Assembly (NCBI GenBank): GCA_043228905.1
Contig: JBHGNT010000011.1
Coordinates: 310,001 to 374,000 of the forward strand
Direction: 5' to 3'
Length of the DNA: 64,000 nucleotides
Source: Azolla caroliniana
Taxonomy: Eukaryota; Plantae; Polypodiophyta
Made by a program: the position numbers and the translations under genes. Each line of letters starts with the position of its first letter. Position 1 is the first letter of the stretch. Under the pieces are notes generated by a model, which did no database searches, was not told the DNA's origin, and saw nothing but the letters and a program-made list of their open reading frames with translations. This document shows, in pieces, positions 57,610 to 64,000 of this stretch.

Positions 57610-60600
57610 TGCTCGCTTCACTCTCTCTGTGTAAAAACAGAAAATTAAGCAACAACAACAGAACTGTTTGCCCTAAGTCATATTTATACCCATATGACTT
57701 TCGGGCTATTTACAAATATAGCCTCGAGGGCCCTTGGCAAACATATTCACAAATATGTCCCCGCGTCCGGATCTCTCTCCGGGTACATGCGTCATCCGGC
57801 TCCGTAACCGGGGTCTTCAGCATCCGGCTCCGTAGTCGGGTCTTCGTCATCCGGCTCCGAAGCCGGGGTCTTCATCATCCGGATCCGTATCCGGGTACTT
57901 CATCATCCGGATCCGTATCCGGGTACTCTTCATCCGGCTTCATACCGGGTATTCTTCATCATCCGGAGAGTGCGCTCACCGGACCTGTATCTTCATCCGG
58001 TTCCGTAACCGTAACCGGGCTTGCCGTCATTCATCTCCGGACATCCCATCCGGAGGGACCGAAATCCCAACAAACTCCCCCTTCACTTCGGCATGGGATG
58101 TCTTTCCAGTCCGATCCTCTTCCGGCATGCTTCCAGCTTGTCGGGTGTAAGTACCTTGGTCAGCATATCCGACCCGTTCTCGTCCGTGTGGATCTTCGTC
58201 AGCACGAACTCCTTGTCTTCTATCCTTTCCCGGATCCAGTGGTATCTACGCTGGATGTGCTTCGTCCGGGAGTGATAGGCCGCATTCTTCGCAAGGTGGA
58301 TGGCACTCTGACTGTCGCAGTAGAGTCGATACTCCTCCTGCCGGATACCGAGCTCTTTAATGAAGTCCTTCATCCATATCATTTCCTTGCCGGCTTCAAC
58401 AGCCGCCATGTACTCCGCCTCCGTGGTTGACAACGCAACCGTCTTCTGCAGCCTCGACTGCCACGAAACAGCTCCCCCTGCATACGTCATCACATACCCT
58501 GATGTGGACCGGCTGGTATCTGCATCAGCCGACATATCCGAATCGGTGAAGCCATCGAGTTCGGACTTACCGGAGCCGAATCGAAGGCACACGTTTGTTG
58601 TGCCCTTCAGGTATCTGAGTATCCACTTGACCGCGTTCCAATGCTCTTTGCCGGGATTGCTCATGTAACGGCTCACCACTCCGACTGCATATCCTATGTC
58701 CGGTCGGGTACACACCATCGCGTACATCAAGCTCCCGACGGCAGAGGCATATGGTACTTTCATCATGTCCTCCTTCTCAGCCTTGGTCTTGGGGCTTTGC
58801 TTCCTGGACAGCTTGCAGTTTGCCGGGAGGGTCGATCCGACCGGCCTTGCTTCCGACATGTTGAACCGGTGAAGCACCTTTGTCACGTACTTCTCCTGTG
58901 ACAACCACAACTGCTTCTTCTTCCGGTCCCGGATGATGTGCATCCCTAGTATTTGCCTCGCCGGACCCAGGTCCTTCATTGAGAAGGTTCGGTGAAGTGC
59001 TTTCTTCAGCATCCGTATCTTGCCCTGGTCCCGTCCGACGATCAACATGTCGTCCACGTACAGGAGGAGTATTAGAAAGTCTCCTCCTTCGAACTTCTTC
59101 ACAAACACGCAGTGATCGGTCTGCGTTTTGTGGTACCCTTCGTCTGTCATGAAGGAGTCGAACTTCCGGTACCATTGCCGGGGAGCCTGCTTCAGACCGT
59201 AGAGGCTCTTCTTCAACCGGCATACCAGGTGCTCCTTTCCTTTCTTCTCGAATCCTTCCGGTTGCTGCATGTAGATCTCTTCTTCGAGGTCACCGTGAAG
59301 GAATGCCGTCTTCACGTCCATCTGTTCTACCTCGAGGTCCATGCTTGTCGCTATGCTCAGCACCGTCCGGATGGAGGTCATCTTCACTACCGGGGCAAAT
59401 ATCTCGTCGAAGTCGACGCCCTTCTTCTGCTGGAACCCCTTCACCACGATCCTGGCTTTGTATCTCGGGGGGTTTCCGGCATCTCCCGGTTTCAGCTTGA
59501 ACACCCACTTGTTTCGAAGTGCCCGCTTTCCTTTCGGCAACTCCACAAGTTCATATGTGTGGTTCTCATGCAGGGAATTCATCTCCTCCTGCATGGCACT
59601 TAACCACCTGCGGCTATGTGTGTCAAGCTCTGCTTCTTCAAAATTCTCCGGCTCCCCCTCGTCGGTTAGCAGCACGTGCTCTGGTTCCGGAAATCTCCGG
59701 GGGGCCCTTCTCTCTCTTAGAGGATATCTCCGTTCCGGAGCTTCGGTAACCGGTTCTTCCGATTCTTCTTCATCCGAATCCATTTCGGGATCGGGGCCGG
59801 TTCCGGTATCATTTTCATCCTCTTCGGCCGGTTCTGTTTCTTCACCGTCTTCGGCTGGATCCTCGAGTGCTAACCGGTTTCTTGCCGGTCGGGACTGCTC
59901 CTTGTAGAGTTGATCCTCACCAGTCGACTTGGAGCTCTTCATCTTCTTCTCCGACTCCCAGTCGGCGAGTGTCTTGTCCTCCATGAAGATGATATCACGA
60001 CTCCGGAATATCTTCTTGTCAACCGGGTCCCATACTCGGTAGCCGAACTCGTCATCACCGTAACCGAGAAATATGCATGGCCGGGTCTTTGGATCTAGCT
60101 TTCCTCTCCGGTCCTTAGCCACATGCACATATGCGAGACACCCGAACACCTTCAGATGCCGGTAGGATACTTCCCTGCCGGTCCACACTCTCTGCGGCGT
60201 GTCTCCGTCCAAAGGTACTGAGGGTGATCTGTTTATCACGTATGTCGCCGTCGACATTGCCTCAGCCCAAAACCCCTTGGGTAATTTCGCATGCGCCAGC
60301 ATACTCCGGACCCTCTCCATTATGGTCCGGTTCATCCTCTCGGCCAGCCCGTTCAGTTCCGGCGTCTTCGGCACAGTAAACTCGAGCCGGATTCCCTTCG
60401 AGCGACAGTACTCCTGGAACTGCCCCCGGTATTCCCCTCCGTTATCCGCTCGTATCGCTTTCAGCTTCTTGCCGGATTCCCTTTCCACTCTCGCGTGGAG
60501 TTCTTTGAAGACGGACAATACTTGGTCCTTTGTCTTCAACGGTGCCGTCCACAGCTTCCGGCTGTGATCATCTATGAATGTTACGAAGTACTGGGCTCCG

Positions 60601-62948
60601 CCATGTGACTTCGTTTCTACTTGACACACGTCAGTATGCACCAGCTCCAATGGTGCACTACGTCTCGTCGGTGGCCTTGAGTGGAAGGAGGCCCGGTTTT
60701 GCTTACCGGCCAGGCAGTCGGTGCACTTCTCCAGGTGCACATGCTTCACTGGAATAAGGTTGTCTTCTGCAAGCCTCTTCATCCCCTTCTCACTCATGTG
60801 GCACAGCCTCTTGTGCCACAGCTCACCGGCAGTGTCGGCTGCCACATTCAACTCCTCCGGACATAGCCGGGAATTCATCAGGTACAGAGTGTTGACCTTC
60901 CGGGCCCGAGCCACTATCAGGCTCCCCTTGCTGAACTTCATGACACCGTTCCGGATGCTACCCGTGTAGCCTTCATCGTCTAGCCTGCCGGCCGAAATCA
61001 GGTTCAATCGAACCTCCGGAACGTGTCGAACATCCTTCAGCAGCATCTTGCATCCGGTTGATGTCATCAGCCACACGTCTCCTATGCCGGCAATCCGGCA
61101 TGTGCCTTCATTTCCCATCCGGACAAAACCATGCTCACCGGCTGTGTAGGATGAGAAATATTTCTTCTCCGGGGTCAGGTGGAACGACGCTCCGGAATCG
61201 ACCACCCAAGTCATCTCTACACCGGCAAGATTCAGCTCCTTCTCTTCGGTAATGAGCATTATCTCTTCTTCACTTGCCGCGAGTGCCGTCGTTCCTTTCC
61301 GGTCCTGTCCTCGCCGATCCGGACCTCTCCAGTCCGTGGCTCCCCGGTATGCACCGTTTCTCTCCGGTGACTTCTTCGAATCGGTGTCGACGGCTCCGTT
61401 GTCTTTTCGGTAATGCCGACAATTCTTACGGAAGTGCCCCGGCTTCCCACAGTGGAAGCATGTGGGCCTTCCTCTTGACTGCGACCGGGTCCCCGACTTC
61501 TCCCGTCTCTGCGGACTCCGGTTCCATTGTCTTCCCCGTTCCGATTCGGTAAGCAGCGCCTTCGAGTCGGAGGCCGGTTCTTTATCTCTCCGACGCGCTT
61601 CTTCGTTCAAAATACTTGTCTTTACCGTTTGTAGGGACAAGTTATCTTCGGTGCAGGAGGTGCTGAGAGTTACCACCAAGTTTTCCCAGCTTTCCGGCAA
61701 TGTACACATCAGTATGATGGCTTGCATTGCATCCTCCAGCGGGAACTTGATCGCCGCAAGCTGGTTCACGAATCCCATGAACGTGCTTACGTGTTCCACC
61801 ATACTCTCGCCGTCCCGGTACTTGAGATTCACAATCTTCCTCATCAGGGAGGTCCGGTTCAACGCATTCTTCCTCTCGTAGAGGCCCGACAGCTTCTTCC
61901 ACATCTCATATGCGTTGGTGTCATTCGCCACATGTTGTAGGACGCTTACATCGACATATTGTCGGATCGTCGCTACAGCTTTCCGGTTCAGGAGCTTCCA
62001 CTCCGACTCAAGTACTCCCTTCGGTATTTCCGACCTGTCAATCGGTTCGTACAGGTCCCGAACAATCAGAAGATCCTCCATCTTGATCTTCCAGTCGGCG
62101 TAATTCTGTGCATTCAGCACCATCATTCCCGGCTGCCCGCTGCCGCCGCCTTCCATTTTCTGCAGCAGTTCGCTCTGATACCAGTTTGTAGAATCCACTC
62201 TTCGATTCACCTTCTTCTTCGCGGCCACAGCCGAGTAATCGCGATTCAATGCAGCAGAAAATAGGAAATACAGAGAGAGACACGATACACAGGGATTAAC
62301 GTGGAAAACCCTAAATGGGAAAAAACCACGGGAGTCCTCAAACTCCAACTATCACTATGAACAGGAATGTACACTGGGGAAGCTACAAGGCAACGACCTT
62401 GAGCTCACTGTCTTCGCCACAGGCGGCGGTAATACACAGAGGCAACGACCTCCTCGTCTCTCTCTCTCTCTCTCTCTCTCTCGGTTGCTCGCTTCACTCT
62501 CTCTGTGTAAAAACAGAAAATTAAGCAACAACAACAAAACTGTTTGCCCTAAGTCATATTTATACCCATATGACTTTCGGGCTATTTACAAATATAGCCT
62601 CGAGGGCCCTTGGCAAACATATTCACAAATATGTCCCCGCGTCCGGATCTCTCTCCGGGTACATGCGTCATCCGGCTCCGTAACCGGGGTCTTCAGCATC
62701 CGGCTCCGTAGCCGGGTCTTCGTCATCCGGCTCCGAAGCCGGGGTCTTCATCATCCGGATCCGTATCCGGGTACTTCATCATCCGGATCCGTATCCGGGT
62801 ACTCTTCATCCGGCTTCATACCGGGTATTCTTCATCATCCGGAGAGTGCGCTCACCGGACCTGTATCTTCATCCGGTTCCGTAACCGTAACCGGGCTTGC
62901 CGTCATTCATCTCCGGACATCCCATCCGGAGGGACCGAAATCCCAACA
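57309..62948 (-). mobile_element. Element I: intact young Copia, same family as D and G
   Basis: LTRs 57309-58072 and 62187-62948 (2 substitutions plus a microsatellite unit seen); PBS 62183-62172; PPT near 58075-58086; TSD AGGTT. Confidence 0.97.
58083..62156 (-). CDS. Copia Gag-Pol polyprotein (about 1357 aa), intact
   Basis: Open ORF with all domains; ATG at 62156 after the PBS. Confidence 0.96.
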   Translation of the reverse strand: MEGGGSGQPGMMVLNAQNYADWKIKMEDLLIVRDLYEPIDRSEIPKGVLESEWKLLNRKAVATIRQYVDVSVLQHVANDTNAYEMWKKLSGLYERKNALNRTSLMRKIVNLKYRDGESMVEHVSTFMGFVNQLAAIKFPLEDAMQAIILMCTLPESWENLVVTLSTSCTEDNLSLQTVKTSILNEEARRRDKEPASDSKALLTESERGRQWNRSPQRREKSGTRSQSRGRPTCFHCGKPGHFRKNCRHYRKDNGAVDTDSKKSPERNGAYRGATDWRGPDRRGQDRKGTTALAASEEEIMLITEEKELNLAGVEMTWVVDSGASFHLTPEKKYFSSYTAGEHGFVRMGNEGTCRIAGIGDVWLMTSTGCKMLLKDVRHVPEVRLNLISAGRLDDEGYTGSIRNGVMKFSKGSLIVARARKVNTLYLMNSRLCPEELNVAADTAGELWHKRLCHMSEKGMKRLAEDNLIPVKHVHLEKCTDCLAGKQNRASFHSRPPTRRSAPLELVHTDVCQVETKSHGGAQYFVTFIDDHSRKLWTAPLKTKDQVLSVFKELHARVERESGKKLKAIRADNGGEYRGQFQEYCRSKGIRLEFTVPKTPELNGLAERMNRTIMERVRSMLAHAKLPKGFWAEAMSTATYVINRSPSVPLDGDTPQRVWTGREVSYRHLKVFGCLAYVHVAKDRRGKLDPKTRPCIFLGYGDDEFGYRVWDPVDKKIFRSRDIIFMEDKTLADWESEKKMKSSKSTGEDQLYKEQSRPARNRLALEDPAEDGEETEPAEEDENDTGTGPDPEMDSDEEESEEPVTEAPERRYPLRERRAPRRFPEPEHVLLTDEGEPENFEEAELDTHSRRWLSAMQEEMNSLHENHTYELVELPKGKRALRNKWVFKLKPGDAGNPPRYKARIVVKGFQQKKGVDFDEIFAPVVKMTSIRTVLSIATSMDLEVEQMDVKTAFLHGDLEEEIYMQQPEGFEKKGKEHLVCRLKKSLYGLKQAPRQWYRKFDSFMTDEGYHKTQTDHCVFVKKFEGGDFLILLLYVDDMLIVGRDQGKIRMLKKALHRTFSMKDLGPARQILGMHIIRDRKKKQLWLSQEKYVTKVLHRFNMSEARPVGSTLPANCKLSRKQSPKTKAEKEDMMKVPYASAVGSLMYAMVCTRPDIGYAVGVVSRYMSNPGKEHWNAVKWILRYLKGTTNVCLRFGSGKSELDGFTDSDMSADADTSRSTSGYVMTYAGGAVSWQSRLQKTVALSTTEAEYMAAVEAGKEMIWMKDFIKELGIRQEEYRLYCDSQSAIHLAKNAAYHSRTKHIQRRYHWIRERIEDKEFVLTKIHTDENGSDMLTKVLTPDKLEACRKRIGLERHPMPK

Positions 62949-63784
62949 AGGTTTTATTACGCGGCTAAGATATCTAGATGTATTCTTACCACATGCATTA
63001 AGGGTTGCCATTGGTCAACTTAGAATATCATCTCACCAACTTGAGATTGAGAATGGACGTACTAATGGAGTCCCTAGGGAGGAAAGGATATGTAGGTTAT
63101 GCCACATAGAGATAGAGGATGAGTACCATTTTACATGCAAATGTCCCACCCATGCCGAGATAAGGGCAAAATACCAAGACATACTTGGTTCCTCTCCCAC
63201 ACTCCCAAAACGATTAGATACACTAGATATAAAGAAATTAGGCAGATACATCCTAGAATTGAAACAACATAGAGAGAATAAGTTACAAAACGTTGATAAT
63301 AATGTTGCTAATGTTTACCAGCATGTAACAAATGAAGTTTTTCAGGAACAGGGGGAGACAATGAATGTTGACACACCTACACCACTCAGGCTTTTCCTTG
63401 ATGAAGCAGAAAATCAAAGAAGAATCAAACGCCCTTGGATGCCGGGTTTCAAAGCAACTCGATGAGATGTAGAAGCAATAAAGAAAATAAGGGAAGGTGA
63501 GCTACACCGCCTAGAAGTCATGGCTAAGGCACTCTATACACCGGGACCATGGGTCACACCCACACCAAAAACTTTTGACCTCCCACTTCTTTTTGAGAGA
63601 CTTGGGTGGAAATGAAATTAAGCTTAGTGCAATTAGGCTTAGTGCAAAGTTTTGTACACTACTAGAACTCTTTTAGCTTAAGCTATTTTCTTTTATTTTA
63701 GTTTTGATGATTGGATAAACACTCATTTTTGTTGTAAACCAACTATCTCATGGGCCAAATTTGGCCTTAGAAGACATTAATATA

Positions 63785-63788
63785 TCTT

Positions 63789-63829
<41 letters not shown>
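63785..63829 (+). repeat. (TC)n microsatellite, probable LINE 3' tail
   Basis: About 170 bp after the end of the LINE coding region. Confidence 0.75.
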
Positions 63830-63832
<3 letters not shown>

Positions 63833-64000
63833 CAACAACAACACTCACATTATTAACTCTCATTGCCCTATGTTAAGAATTAGTTAATTAATCAATGTTG
63901 CATTATTGGGGAGACCTGTGCGTACCCCACCTTTTCTCATAACTTTTTATATTCCAAGCGATAAGAACGAGTTCTCTAACTAATTGAATGGGCAAACGAC

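Larger units (their letters stand above)
56295..63829 (+). mobile_element. 5'-truncated LINE (RTEX/L2-Crack-like), split by Copia I; LINE segments 56295-57308 and 62954-63829
   Basis: LSPTLF, LLYADDIVLL, VNLGKTKVLIF; C-terminal LRISSHQLEIENGR...RICRLC..EDEYHF..KCP; ends in a (TC)n tail. Confidence 0.88.

Noticed and set aside
62485-63465. 326-aa ORF as a novel gene
   Set aside because: A chance in-frame fusion of antisense LTR sequence with the interrupted LINE ORF2 tail.

Overview
Repeat-dense plant nuclear DNA with no intact host gene. The host is most likely a fern: the organellar inserts show ACG starts and in-frame stops typical of two-way RNA editing, and atp1 carries an intron at the atp1i361g2 position. 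Positions 1-39827 are a four-level nest of LTR retrotransposons, resolved by their target-site duplications (TSDs). An old Tnt1/Tork-like Copia (A) carries a solo LTR, a chromoviral Gypsy (B), an intact Copia (D) and a degenerate Copia (E). B contains a young Gag-only element (C) with a tRNA-Trp primer site and a 4-bp TSD. E contains Copia F, which in turn contains intact Copia G and solo LTR H. A plastid ndhB fragment sits inside A's 5' LTR. Positions 39.8-52.6 kb hold hAT MITEs, a LINE remnant and a family of CATAG-ended TIR elements with 8-bp TSDs. They also hold a 1.2-kb direct duplication that brackets a truncated saccharopine-dehydrogenase-like gene fused to a PPT+LTR. Positions 52.7-55.8 kb are a mitochondrial insert (rpl6-rps13-rps11, 5' atp1 plus group II intron, trnR-UCU). 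Positions 55.8-63.8 kb hold a truncated Copia end fused to an RTEX/L2-like LINE, which is split by a third intact Copia (I). The best candidates for novelty are element C (with a tRNA-like Pol III cassette and hairpin in its LTR), the CCGG-saturated young Copia family D/G/I, the possible P-superfamily TIR family, and the one-ended LTR junction with a 1.2-kb duplication. All counts and divergences are manual readings, not computed.
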